Positions 1-7,631 of a stretch of 56,148 nt of DNA are shown piece by piece. Under the pieces are notes generated by a model. That model did not search any database. It saw nothing but the letters and a program-made list of their open reading frames with translations, and was not told where the DNA came from. The first letter of the stretch is position 1; each line of letters starts with the position of its first letter. The position numbers were made by a program, and so were the translations under genes. This stretch comes from a virus (lineage: Duplodnaviria > Caudoviricetes), in IMG/VR virus record IMGVR_UViG_3300033142_000289, positions 1 through 56,148 of that record, one strand, 5' to 3'.

Positions 1-108
1 AATTAGTTTTTCTTTTCCACCTTCACAGGCTTTAACCATTTTCTTTTTGCCCGGTCTTGTACTCGGTCTCACCGAGTTACACTTCATATTCTTTTTGCTT
101 ACCGCCAT
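1..108 (-). CDS. small basic phage protein (runs off left window edge), MAVSKKNMKCNSVRPSTRPGKKKMVKACEGGKEKLI...
   Basis: Not in the ORF track. ATG at 108 overlaps the TAA of the upstream gene (TAATG coupling); the frame is open to position 1 and K/R-rich like its neighbours. Confidence 0.7.
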   Translation of the reverse strand, partial: MAVSKKNMKCNSVRPSTRPGKKKMVKACEGGKEKLI

Positions 109-467
109 TATGATGTTGCTTTCTTATTAAAACGATTTTGCTGCTTATTAAACCTTTCAGTCATATTAGCTAATTTTTTTGCTGCTCGTTTTTTATTTCT
201 TATTTTCCTTGTTTTCCCTACAGGATTAGAAGAACTATTTGTTGCGATAACTAAACTACCATCATCTTGAAGAGTAGCAGATTTTCTTTTTACCTTCGCT
301 CCCTTTACTGTTTTTTTAGATATACGATTACTGCTTTCAATAGTAGAGTGGCTACTTCTTTTTAACTTTCCATTCTTTTCCCTCTTTACTGAAGCAGAAG
401 TTACTGTTGCTTTTTGTCTTGCCTTGCAATCCATCAAAGCACTTCCTGTTAATCCTTTACAACTCAT
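108..467 (-). CDS. Lys/Arg-rich small protein with N-terminal MSCxGLTGxxLxDCKA motif
   Basis: 119 aa ORF, stop/start-coupled on both sides; N-terminus paralogous to 964-1269. Confidence 0.75.
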   Translation of the reverse strand: MSCKGLTGSALMDCKARQKATVTSASVKREKNGKLKRSSHSTIESSNRISKKTVKGAKVKRKSATLQDDGSLVIATNSSSNPVGKTRKIRNKKRAAKKLANMTERFNKQQNRFNKKATS

Positions 468-826
468 TATTTCTTTTTTCTAACTGATTTAACTTTTCTT
501 CCACCTGCACCTTGCTTACCTATCCTTGCTTTTTCAGCTTGTTTCTTTTTCAAAGTACCTCTTGACATTTCCGATTTTGTTACCGGTGTTTTTGATGATA
601 CTCTTTTGGATGGTCTGCAGTATTCGCTTCTACCTCCCGTTCCACAAGGCTTACCTGTTCTAGTGTCTATCCACTTCTCGGCAGTCCATCTTTTTAGATT
701 AGACCCTGCTTTAGATTTATTTACCTTGCCCTTTTTCTTTCTGCACTTAGCAGTTGCTTGTGCAGCACGAGCCGACCACTTGCCGTAACTCTTCATTACC
801 TTTTTGTAACAAGCATCCTTTGGCAT
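467..826 (-). CDS. basic small protein of a family common in marine phages (WSARAAQ and YCRPSKRVS motifs)
   Basis: 119 aa ORF in a tightly packed operon; motif recognised by eye. Confidence 0.75.
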   Translation of the reverse strand: MPKDACYKKVMKSYGKWSARAAQATAKCRKKKGKVNKSKAGSNLKRWTAEKWIDTRTGKPCGTGGRSEYCRPSKRVSSKTPVTKSEMSRGTLKKKQAEKARIGKQGAGGRKVKSVRKKK

Positions 827-829
827 AAT

Positions 830-961
830 CTATTTCTTTTTACTTCCGCATTTTGCGTATACACTATTAGCTATCTGCTTATTAGAAGGTAGTCCGTACT
901 TTTCCGGTTTACCTTTCATTGACTTATTTGCTTGTGTGAAATATGGTTTTGCTTTACTCAT
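830..961 (-). CDS. 43-aa basic protein MSKAKPYFTQANKSMKGKPEKYGLPSNKQIANSVYAKCGSKKK
   Basis: Below the ORF-track cutoff; ATG 961 to TAG 830 fills the gap between neighbours. Confidence 0.65.
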   Translation of the reverse strand: MSKAKPYFTQANKSMKGKPEKYGLPSNKQIANSVYAKCGSKKK

Positions 962-963
962 AA

Positions 964-1269
964 CTATGCTCTATAACTTTTTCCGTTTTTCTTTCTTGCC
1001 ATACGAGTTCTTGACTTACCTAGACTTGTTCCCCCAAAAGCTAATTTACCTGCACCTGTAGTTCTTCGCTCTCCATTTGGTTTCTTTTCCCACTTAACTA
1101 CATCTTTATTTTTAAATGTACTTAAATCAGTAGTAGCCTTCTTTAGTTTCTCTGCTCTTGCTTTTGCTTTTTCTGCGTTGGTCTTTTTATCAGACTCAGC
1201 ATCTTTATCTATTTTTGCTTTAGCTTTGCAATCTTTTAGTTTCTGTCCGGTTAATCCTTCACAACTCAT
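964..1269 (-). CDS. Lys-rich small protein with N-terminal MSCxGLTGxxLxDCKA motif
   Basis: 101 aa ORF just downstream of a minus-strand TATCTTTG promoter element. Confidence 0.75.
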   Translation of the reverse strand: MSCEGLTGQKLKDCKAKAKIDKDAESDKKTNAEKAKARAEKLKKATTDLSTFKNKDVVKWEKKPNGERRTTGAGKLAFGGTSLGKSRTRMARKKNGKSYRA

Positions 1270-1286
1270 ATCGAAATATTTATTAT

Positions 1287-1305
1287 TATCTTTGCTACAA
1301 AGATA
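1287..1305. promoter_or_regulatory. palindromic pair of Bacteroidota -7 promoter elements (TATCTTTG-CTA-CAAAGATA)
   Basis: TAnnTTTG consensus on both strands between divergently transcribed genes. Confidence 0.7.
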
Positions 1306-1319
1306 TTAAATTTAATTGA

Positions 1320-1751
1320 ATGCCTGATTACTTGAAATATTGGAAGGTAGTCCGATATTATATTAAGTCTAAATACGACTTAACAACTGCTGATTTAGAT
1401 ATGCTTATGTTTCTCAGGTCTGAGAAATACTTTAGTAAAGATGACTTTGATGAGTTCAACGAATTACTAAGTTGGGATAAGAATAGATTCGAGAGTCTAA
1501 GGGAAAGAGGGTGGATAGAAGTTTTTAGAAAACGTAACGGTAAAAGAAAAGCTATATACCAATTATCTTACAAAGCAGTTAGAGTTATAACATCTATATA
1601 TAAAAAGTTAGAGGGAGAAGAGATTCCCGAATCGAAATCTAACAACCCCCTCTTTCTAAAAAACATAGGATATATGGATACTGTGTTTAGAAACTACATA
1701 AAGAAACTAAACAAAGCTATAAGACAACAACGACATCCCTCTCAGAAATAA
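1320..1751 (+). CDS. winged helix-turn-helix (MarR-like) DNA-binding protein
   Basis: Pattern DLTTADLDMLMFL...FESLRERGWIEVFRKR...IYQLSYKA resembles a MarR/wHTH helix plus wing. Confidence 0.6.
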   Translation: MPDYLKYWKVVRYYIKSKYDLTTADLDMLMFLRSEKYFSKDDFDEFNELLSWDKNRFESLRERGWIEVFRKRNGKRKAIYQLSYKAVRVITSIYKKLEGEEIPESKSNNPLFLKNIGYMDTVFRNYIKKLNKAIRQQRHPSQK

Positions 1752-1974
1752 CCGTATATGTCTCTTCTTTAATTATCATTGTATAACCCGCTCTTGAGTC
1801 ATAGTATATAACATCTTCTGAATCAATAACAACAACGTCAGTACCGGGTGCTATTACTTTTCCTTTCTTATATCTAATGTTGCTAGTATCTTCTGCGGAA
1901 AGTAATAGACCTGATTCAGTCTTAACCTCTTCTTTAATTTCTTTAATTAAAATATATTTACCTATTGGTTTCAT
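1717..1974 (-). CDS. groES: co-chaperonin GroES (Cpn10)
   Basis: MKPIGKYILIK, mobile loop KTESGLLL, GKVIAPG, ISERDVV; adjacent to groEL. Confidence 0.92.
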   Translation of the reverse strand: MKPIGKYILIKEIKEEVKTESGLLLSAEDTSNIRYKKGKVIAPGTDVVVIDSEDVIYYDSRAGYTMIIKEETYTVISERDVVVVL

Positions 1975-1990
1975 TGTATAAGGTTTTAAA

Positions 1991-3583
1991 TTAATCTTTA
2001 TCCTCGTAAGTTCTAGCCATAGTTATTATAGCGTTAGTAGATAATATAGTTACTGCAACAGATACTGCATTTTGTAATGCAGACTTAGTAACCTTTAATG
2101 GGTCAATCACACCCATCTTATACATATCTCCCCATTCACCCGTCTTAATATTCATACCTTCATTACCTTCATCAAATTGAATATGGTGCTCTTCGTCACC
2201 GGATAACTCTAAACCTGCATTGGAATAAATCTGTAACAAAGGAGCACGAAGTGCTCTCGCTAAAATTTTACCGGCAACTTTATTATTATCGTCTTCAATA
2301 TAAGTGGCTTCTTTATAAAGTGCTACTCCACCACCGGGTAGGATTCCCTCTTCTAGTGCTGAACGTACTGCACATACTGCATCATCAACTCTATCGTATA
2401 GTTCTTTTTGTTCTAAGTCTGTTTGACCTCCAACATAAATAACTCCTACACCACCTGTAAGTGTTGCAATCCTTGATAGTATAAACTCTGCGTTGTTTTT
2501 ATCTGACTCTCTTTTGTGTGCTTCTTTTAGTTCTTTTATTCTTTTATCTAATCCTTCTACTTCAACTTCATCTTTAATGATGACGGTTGAGTCACGACCA
2601 ACTATCACCTTAGCACAGTGACCCAAATCATCTAACGTCATCAAGCTTAAATCATCACCGGTCTTTTCACTATAGTAAGTAGCACCCACGCTTAATGCAA
2701 TGTCCTGCATAAGTTCGTGTTGCTTATAACCAAATGATGGTGGTCCAATAGTACAAAGCTTTAAACCATTCTTCATTACATTAGCCGCTAATGTATTTGT
2801 TACATTCGCTGAGGTTGGTGCAATAATTAAAAGTCTTTTGTTATCTTGTATAACAGGCTTCAATACATTTTCTATATGTAGTAAATTTTCAATTGGTGCA
2901 TCACTAACTAGAATATAGCAATCCTCTAGTACACACTCGTCTTTCTTCTGATTGTTTACAAACAATGGTGATTCATATCCACGTTCAATCTTTAATCCAT
3001 TTGTAGATTCATAATATGTCTCAGATGTTTGAGACCTATCAATAGTAACTAATCCGTTTATACCCACCTTCTTGTATACCTCTGATATAATAGTACCCAA
3101 GTCTTTGTCATTGTTTGCTGATATAGTAGCAACGTCCTTTAGTTTCTTTTGTGTAACTCTTGTCGATTTCTTTTTTAAGTTACTGCATATGGTTTCGGTT
3201 AATGAAACTAAATCTCTTAATACCGATGTTTTATTTTCAGTTATAAGTTCTGCACCTGCTTTGACTAAAGCTTCAGTGAGAACAATTGCAGTTGTAGTTC
3301 CGTCTCCTGCTGAGGTCGCAGTTCTTTCGGCTGCTTCTTTCATCATCTTTACCGCAAGGTGTTCAGTGGGGTCGATAAGTGCAACTGCTTTAGCAACTGT
3401 TACTCCATCTTTTGTTACTGTTATTCCGTGGGTGTGTTGTGGTGATTCAATCAATACTGTTTGACCGGCAGGTCCTAGTGTAGACTTTACTGCTGAGGAT
3501 AATGTTTCAATCCCTTTGTATAATTTTTTTCTCCCCTCCTCATCGAACAATAAGTTCTTGGGAGTATATCCTATGTTTGACAT
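1991..3583 (-). CDS. groEL: chaperonin GroEL (Cpn60)
   Basis: STLGPAG, VTKDGVTVAK, AGDGTTTA, TISANND, EEGILPGGGVAL, GVIDPLKV; no C-terminal GGM tail. Confidence 0.97.
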   Translation of the reverse strand: MSNIGYTPKNLLFDEEGRKKLYKGIETLSSAVKSTLGPAGQTVLIESPQHTHGITVTKDGVTVAKAVALIDPTEHLAVKMMKEAAERTATSAGDGTTTAIVLTEALVKAGAELITENKTSVLRDLVSLTETICSNLKKKSTRVTQKKLKDVATISANNDKDLGTIISEVYKKVGINGLVTIDRSQTSETYYESTNGLKIERGYESPLFVNNQKKDECVLEDCYILVSDAPIENLLHIENVLKPVIQDNKRLLIIAPTSANVTNTLAANVMKNGLKLCTIGPPSFGYKQHELMQDIALSVGATYYSEKTGDDLSLMTLDDLGHCAKVIVGRDSTVIIKDEVEVEGLDKRIKELKEAHKRESDKNNAEFILSRIATLTGGVGVIYVGGQTDLEQKELYDRVDDAVCAVRSALEEGILPGGGVALYKEATYIEDDNNKVAGKILARALRAPLLQIYSNAGLELSGDEEHHIQFDEGNEGMNIKTGEWGDMYKMGVIDPLKVTKSALQNAVSVAVTILSTNAIITMARTYEDKD

Positions 3584-3606
3584 ATTTAATTAAATTAAAG
3601 TTTGCT

Positions 3607-3614
3607 CAAAGATA
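3607..3614 (-). promoter_or_regulatory. Bacteroidota -7 element (TATCTTTG) for groEL-groES
   Basis: CAAAGATA on the + strand, about 24 nt before the groEL ATG. Confidence 0.65.
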
Positions 3615-3637
3615 CAAATTTATTTTATCTTAGCCTT

Positions 3638-3982
3638 ATGGAACATAACTCAGATTTTAAGTACGACCTTAAGCTTGGTAAAGTAAAAGAAGACGAACTA
3701 TACGATGCGTTCTCTTATAAAACAATTGAAGTAAAAACTGATTTCAAAACAAAGGAAACAGGGAATGTGTTTGTTGAATATGAAAGTAGAGGAAAGCCTA
3801 GTGGTATCTCTACAAGTTTAGCTGACTACTATTGTTTCGCTATTGAAGACTCATTTCATATTATAAAGCCTGAGGTATTAAAACAAAAATGCAGAAAATA
3901 TTTAGGTACTAAAAGAGATGTGGTTGGTGGAGACAGTGATACTTCTAAAGGAATATTACTTCCGGTAAATGAACTTGTATAA
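3638..3982 (+). CDS. PD-(D/E)xK nuclease-like protein
   Basis: IEVKTD...TGNVFVEYESRGKPSGI motif. ATG at 3638 preferred over the TTG at 3602. Confidence 0.55.
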   Translation: MEHNSDFKYDLKLGKVKEDELYDAFSYKTIEVKTDFKTKETGNVFVEYESRGKPSGISTSLADYYCFAIEDSFHIIKPEVLKQKCRKYLGTKRDVVGGDSDTSKGILLPVNELV

Positions 3983-4000
3983 CTCTCGTCTAAATTGTAT

Positions 4001-4184
4001 ATGTCGAATGTCGTAAATAATTTCTACTATAGTAGTAGTAGTAGTAGTAGTAGTAGTAAAATTTTAATAAGAGAATTTGACTTTAAAATCGACATTATCG
4101 ACATCCTATTGATTATCAATAAGTTAACTTCTAATAACCGACACAAAAACGACATAGTAATGTCGAAAATCTGACATAGTAATG
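4001..4184. repeat. origin-like iteron/IHF module, copy 1
   Basis: ATGTCGAATGTC (4001), (TAG)9, AAAATCGACATTATCGACAT (4085-4104), WATCAANNNNTTR match (4114-4126), CGACA at 4139 and 4150, GACATAGTAATG at 4151 and 4173. Homologous to 13222-13384. Confidence 0.7.
4030..4056 (+). repeat. (TAG)9 trinucleotide tandem repeat
   Basis: Directly visible in the sequence. Confidence 0.95.
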
Positions 4185-4257
4185 CACCTATAGTTCAGTT
4201 GGATAGAACAACTCACTTCTAATGAGTAGGTCCTAGGTTCGAGTCCTAGTAGGTGTA
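4184..4257 (+). tRNA. tRNA-Arg (anticodon UCU), CCA not encoded
   Basis: Acceptor GCACCTA/TAGGTGT, D arm GTTC/GAAC, anticodon stem ACTCA/TGAGT with loop CT-TCT-AA, T arm CTAGG-TTCGAGT-CCTAG. Confidence 0.95.
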
Positions 4258-4258
4258 C

Positions 4259-4291
4259 AAAAAAAAGAGACGGTAATCAGCCGTCTCTTTT
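4259..4291. terminator. bidirectional intrinsic terminator
   Basis: AAAAGAGACGG-TAATCAG-CCGTCTCTTTT between the convergent tRNA and the 4319-4513 gene. Confidence 0.8.
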
Positions 4292-4318
4292 ACTATCAAT
4301 CAATCAAATCAAAATCAA

Positions 4319-4513
4319 CTACAATCTGTAGAAGTTCTTTCTGCCTTCAGCAAGTTCAATACCGTCTGCCATCATATCAACCTTCTTGGCTCTTCTAAAT
4401 GACTTCCTTAATTGTGATGCTTGTGCAATACCTGTGATTCCATCAGGTCTATCGTTTATAAGTCTGCCGTCTTTGACACGCAGTCCTCCCATACTTTGAT
4501 ATCTCATTTTCAT
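4319..4513 (-). CDS. hypothetical protein (MKMRYQSMGGLRVKDGRLINDRP...)
   Basis: Start moved to ATG 4513 because a minus-strand TATATTTG element lies at 4530-4537. Confidence 0.65.
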   Translation of the reverse strand: MKMRYQSMGGLRVKDGRLINDRPDGITGIAQASQLRKSFRRAKKVDMMADGIELAEGRKNFYRL

Positions 4514-4687
4514 ATCTAATGCTTTTGTACAAATATACAAAAATATTTTATCAGTTATATGTAACCAACGGGTAATATATAATATACGCTGACCGGACCC
4601 CAAACCGAAACCGATTTTTTTTAGAAAAAGTGTTTTGCTTTTGTTTGACCCGCTCTGATTTTTTTAGCTTTTTGTTTTGACCTGTTG

Positions 4688-4790
4688 CCCTGTACCCGTC
4701 AACCCCTGTACCCCCGTCCCCCCGTCCCACGTTCCACGGATTTGTCACCCCTGTTGACCCCTTCCCCCGTACCCGTGTCCCCCTTCCCCC
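4688..4790 (-). other. G-tract cluster (12 runs of 3 or more G on the minus strand) with G-quadruplex potential, at the strand switch
   Basis: Plus-strand C runs start at 4688, 4695, 4703, 4711, 4718, 4726, 4748, 4758, 4764, 4772, 4779 and 4786. Confidence 0.7.
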
Positions 4791-4950
4791 GCTCAAACTT
4801 AAAGTATAGATACTTAAAGAGAGAGCGTTACCCCGTGCCGAAGTGAAATGTATATAAATATTTGTAGGTAATCAGACCCTGTGTAACTCTCTGAATATCA
4901 GGTAGTTTAAAAGAGAAATGAAAAAGAATTAGAAAATAATTTAAAAAATG

Positions 4951-4982
4951 CTTGTGAGTTAAATAGATTTAGACTAGATTTG
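4951..4982 (+). promoter_or_regulatory. early promoter (CTTG-20 nt-TAGATTTG)
   Basis: Close match to the Bacteroidota -33/-7 consensus, upstream of ardC. Confidence 0.7.
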
Positions 4983-5021
4983 TAAAATATTAATAATTTA
5001 AATAAACTAAAATTAAACATT

Positions 5022-5957
5022 ATGAGTAAGCAAAACGAAATTTTCGAAAGAGTAAATAAGCTAGTAATTGAAGGACTAGAAAAGGAAGGGATGAATTGGT
5101 TCAAGCCTTGGAAAGGTGGACAGGAAAACGCACCATTTAATCTAGCTACAAAACGCTATTACAACGGGTTCAATATCTTTATGTTAAACTGCGTTATGAG
5201 AGCCGAAGGTTATGAGTTCAACCAATGGTTAACTTTTAAACAAGTATCCGCAAAAGGTGGTAAGGTTGTTAAGGGTTCAAAATCTACTGAAGTTTACTTT
5301 TGGCAAATAGGATATTTTGATAATAAAACAGGGAAGTTTGTAAGTCCTAAGGAGGTTAAAAATATTAATCCAAATGAGAAATTAGCTGATGGGAAAGACA
5401 GGTACAGAAAGACTTTCTCAGTGAAATATTACAGAGTATTTAATATTGCTCAGTGCGAAGGAATTGAGCCAATGCAAACAGAGAAAGTTATTGAGGAGGT
5501 TCAAAACGAGCCTGTTGAGGTAGCTGAAACTTTAGTAAAAAACTACGTTGAAAATCAAAACGGTTTTGAGATTAAGCACGGTCAAAGTGGAGCGTATTAC
5601 TCACCATCAAGAGACTATGTAAATATGCCACACCTAGAGACGTTTGTTGACTCTGATAGCTATTACAAAGTTTTGTTTCACGAAATCGCTCACAGTACAG
5701 GTCACAAATCAAGACTTAACAGAAAGTCTTTAACTGAGGTAGCACATTGGGGTGACAATACTTACGCTAAGGAAGAGTTGGTTGCTGAGATTAGTGCAAT
5801 GTATTTAGTAGGGTTGCTAGGACTTAATCCAAAGAGCGATGACGAAAACTCTCAAGCCTACATAAAGGGTTGGTGTAAGCATCTTGCAGACAAGCCAAGC
5901 GAATGTGTCTACGCTATGCAACAGGCAACTAAGGTAGTAGAGTTTATACAGAAGTAA
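5022..5957 (+). CDS. ardC: ArdC-family antirestriction ssDNA-binding protein (DUF1738 domain plus zincin-like domain)
   Basis: WFKPW, YNGFNIFML, WLTFKQ...GGKVVKGSK, VFNIAQCEG, AYYSPSRDYVNMP, FHEIAHSTGH, YAKEELVAEI. Confidence 0.88.
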   Translation: MSKQNEIFERVNKLVIEGLEKEGMNWFKPWKGGQENAPFNLATKRYYNGFNIFMLNCVMRAEGYEFNQWLTFKQVSAKGGKVVKGSKSTEVYFWQIGYFDNKTGKFVSPKEVKNINPNEKLADGKDRYRKTFSVKYYRVFNIAQCEGIEPMQTEKVIEEVQNEPVEVAETLVKNYVENQNGFEIKHGQSGAYYSPSRDYVNMPHLETFVDSDSYYKVLFHEIAHSTGHKSRLNRKSLTEVAHWGDNTYAKEELVAEISAMYLVGLLGLNPKSDDENSQAYIKGWCKHLADKPSECVYAMQQATKVVEFIQK

Positions 5958-5967
5958 ACCAACCACC

Positions 5968-6012
5968 ACCGCCAACCGCCTCGCTATGAAAATAGCGGGG
6001 TTTTGGTGGTAG
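5968..6012 (+). ncRNA. conserved leader hairpin, copy 1
   Basis: ACCGCCAA..CCTCGCTAT-GAAA-ATAGCGGGG-TT-TTGGTGGTAG; intergenic. Confidence 0.6.
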
Positions 6013-6049
6013 AAACTATTAATTAATTTATAAATCAAAATCAAAAATT

Positions 6050-6250
6050 ATGAAATCAATTATCACAATTACAGGAAAAGTTTTAATGACTTTAGCAGTA
6101 TTATTTATTTATACCAATGTAGCTAGAATGGTGGTCGACATCGTTGCCAACAACGGTATTAAATCATTAGCCTTGACACCTGTATTTCTGTTCTTAGCGT
6201 TCTTAATGTATGTTAGTGGATACTTAGTATTCAAAGAGATTAAGAGCTAG
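6050..6250 (+). CDS. small two-TM membrane protein
   Basis: Two hydrophobic segments; A-rich leader. Confidence 0.75.
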   Translation: MKSIITITGKVLMTLAVLFIYTNVARMVVDIVANNGIKSLALTPVFLFLAFLMYVSGYLVFKEIKS

Positions 6251-6266
6251 TTAGAACTCACTAAAA

Positions 6267-6308
6267 CACCAACCTCGCACTGAAATAAATGCGGGGATTT
6301 GGTGGTAG
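6267..6308 (+). ncRNA. conserved leader hairpin, copy 2
   Basis: CACCAA-CCTCGCA-CTGAAATAAA-TGCGGGG-AT-TTGGTG-GTAG; intergenic. Confidence 0.6.
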
Positions 6309-6337
6309 TAATAATTAATAATTAAAATTAAATTAAA

Positions 6338-7462
6338 ATGCAAACAGTAAACAATTGGGATGACATCAAATTTGAAAAGCATCCCGCAACAGATGAAGGT
6401 GTAAGAGGCACCCTAAAAATTGCTCAGTATGAGTTGTCAATCGTAGGAGGTAAAAACTTTTACTCAACAGGCTTCGATGGTAAAATTAGTTCTTGGTTAA
6501 AGCCTGACCAAGATAGGTTCTATAGTAGCTTTGAGGTAGCAGTATTTGAAACCAATGAAGACGGTGACAAAGAATTTACTAGAAAGTTTTTTATTGGAGC
6601 CAATGACGATGTACTTGGTTGGCAAGGTAGAGAGGATATATTAGAGTTGATATCAAGAGTTGAAAAAAGTTTAGAGGTCAAGACATTAAACTATATGTCC
6701 TATACCGATAAGCCTGAAATCACAAAAGAGTTTTTAGAATCCATCAAAGATAAAAAGAACTTAGACCGTTGCGAAAATATTTATAACTCAAACAACGGGC
6801 AAGTGGAACACGATAAAACATTGTACAATCTTTTAATTGAAGGAGGCTTTGAATCTAAGGATATTAATTACATAGTTAGTTCTGAAACTGAAACATTTTA
6901 TATCATAGATGGCAATATAAAATATACCGTTTACATTAATGTGCCTTATAGTAAATTACAAATAAGATATAAGACATATGTATCAAATCGTTACAGTGAC
7001 GAAACACCTCATCTAAAAATAAAATTAGCAAATCCTAGATTAAAGGACCTGAATACAAGTTATTCAAGAGGACCTAGGTATGGTAACAAAATGGAATGTT
7101 GGAGTATCACAGATACAAGCCGAGGATATACTGCTAAAGGACTACTTAAGAAGATTAAGGAGTTGGCTGAGGAATCAGAAAACAATATGTTAATCTATAG
7201 CAAGAGGTTGTTGTGTTATAATAAATATACTTCACAATTAAAACAAAAGTATCCTAGTGCAATCATAGAAAACATAAGCAAGTACTACGATAATCTTGAT
7301 AAAATCAAGCTATCTTTTCCTTCAGGAAGTTATATGTATTTTAATATAAATGCTTGGAGAGAAGATGATACTCAATTTGAAATGCTATCATACAAAGATG
7401 CTAACGAGTTTAAGTTAGATACTTGGGAGGAGTGGGCAGATAGATTTAACAAGCAGAAATAA
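6338..7462 (+). CDS. hypothetical early protein
   Basis: 374 aa ORF with A-rich leader. Confidence 0.8.
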   Translation: MQTVNNWDDIKFEKHPATDEGVRGTLKIAQYELSIVGGKNFYSTGFDGKISSWLKPDQDRFYSSFEVAVFETNEDGDKEFTRKFFIGANDDVLGWQGREDILELISRVEKSLEVKTLNYMSYTDKPEITKEFLESIKDKKNLDRCENIYNSNNGQVEHDKTLYNLLIEGGFESKDINYIVSSETETFYIIDGNIKYTVYINVPYSKLQIRYKTYVSNRYSDETPHLKIKLANPRLKDLNTSYSRGPRYGNKMECWSITDTSRGYTAKGLLKKIKELAEESENNMLIYSKRLLCYNKYTSQLKQKYPSAIIENISKYYDNLDKIKLSFPSGSYMYFNINAWREDDTQFEMLSYKDANEFKLDTWEEWADRFNKQK

Positions 7463-7626
7463 TGGAAAGACAAAGCTATTATAATGTAAGATATGCGGGG
7501 AAACTAATACAGGTTATCCCCGCCCACACCAAGTGGGAAGCTATAGATAGAATCTACAATAAAAATATAGGAACCCATCCTTGGATTAAAAGAGAAAAAT
7601 TTACCGCAGTCAAATCTAAAAATTAA
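7462..7626 (+). CDS. 54-aa hypothetical protein MERQSYYNVRYAGKLIQVIPAHTKWEAIDRIYNK...
   Basis: TAATG coupling to the upstream gene; fills the gap; below the track cutoff. Confidence 0.65.
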   Translation: MERQSYYNVRYAGKLIQVIPAHTKWEAIDRIYNKNIGTHPWIKREKFTAVKSKN

Positions 7627-7631
7627 ACTAT

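Noticed and set aside
4001-4184. CRISPR or mini-array interpretation of the CGACA repeats and the leader hairpins
   Set aside because: There is no regular repeat-spacer periodicity of 60-70 bp and no cas-like genes.
4184-4257. Possible amber suppressor tRNA (CTA occurs in the anticodon loop)
   Set aside because: The 7-nt loop CT-TCT-AA places TCT at positions 34-36, so it is Arg.
4184-4291. tRNA as a prophage attachment site
   Set aside because: There is no integrase, no duplicated tRNA 3' end and no host genes on either side.
4295-4318. AATCAAAATC-type short repeats here and before many start codons
   Set aside because: They are consistent with ordinary A-rich Bacteroidota translation-initiation leaders and low-complexity DNA.
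4551-4796. 81-aa Gly/Arg-rich minus-strand ORF
   Set aside because: It is a by-product of the G-tract and T-tract non-coding region, with a TTG start and low complexity.
7494-7523. GCGGGG...CCCCGC stem-loop as a fourth copy of the leader hairpin
   Set aside because: It lies inside the 7462-7626 ORF and lacks the CACCAA/TTTGGTGGTAG outer helix.
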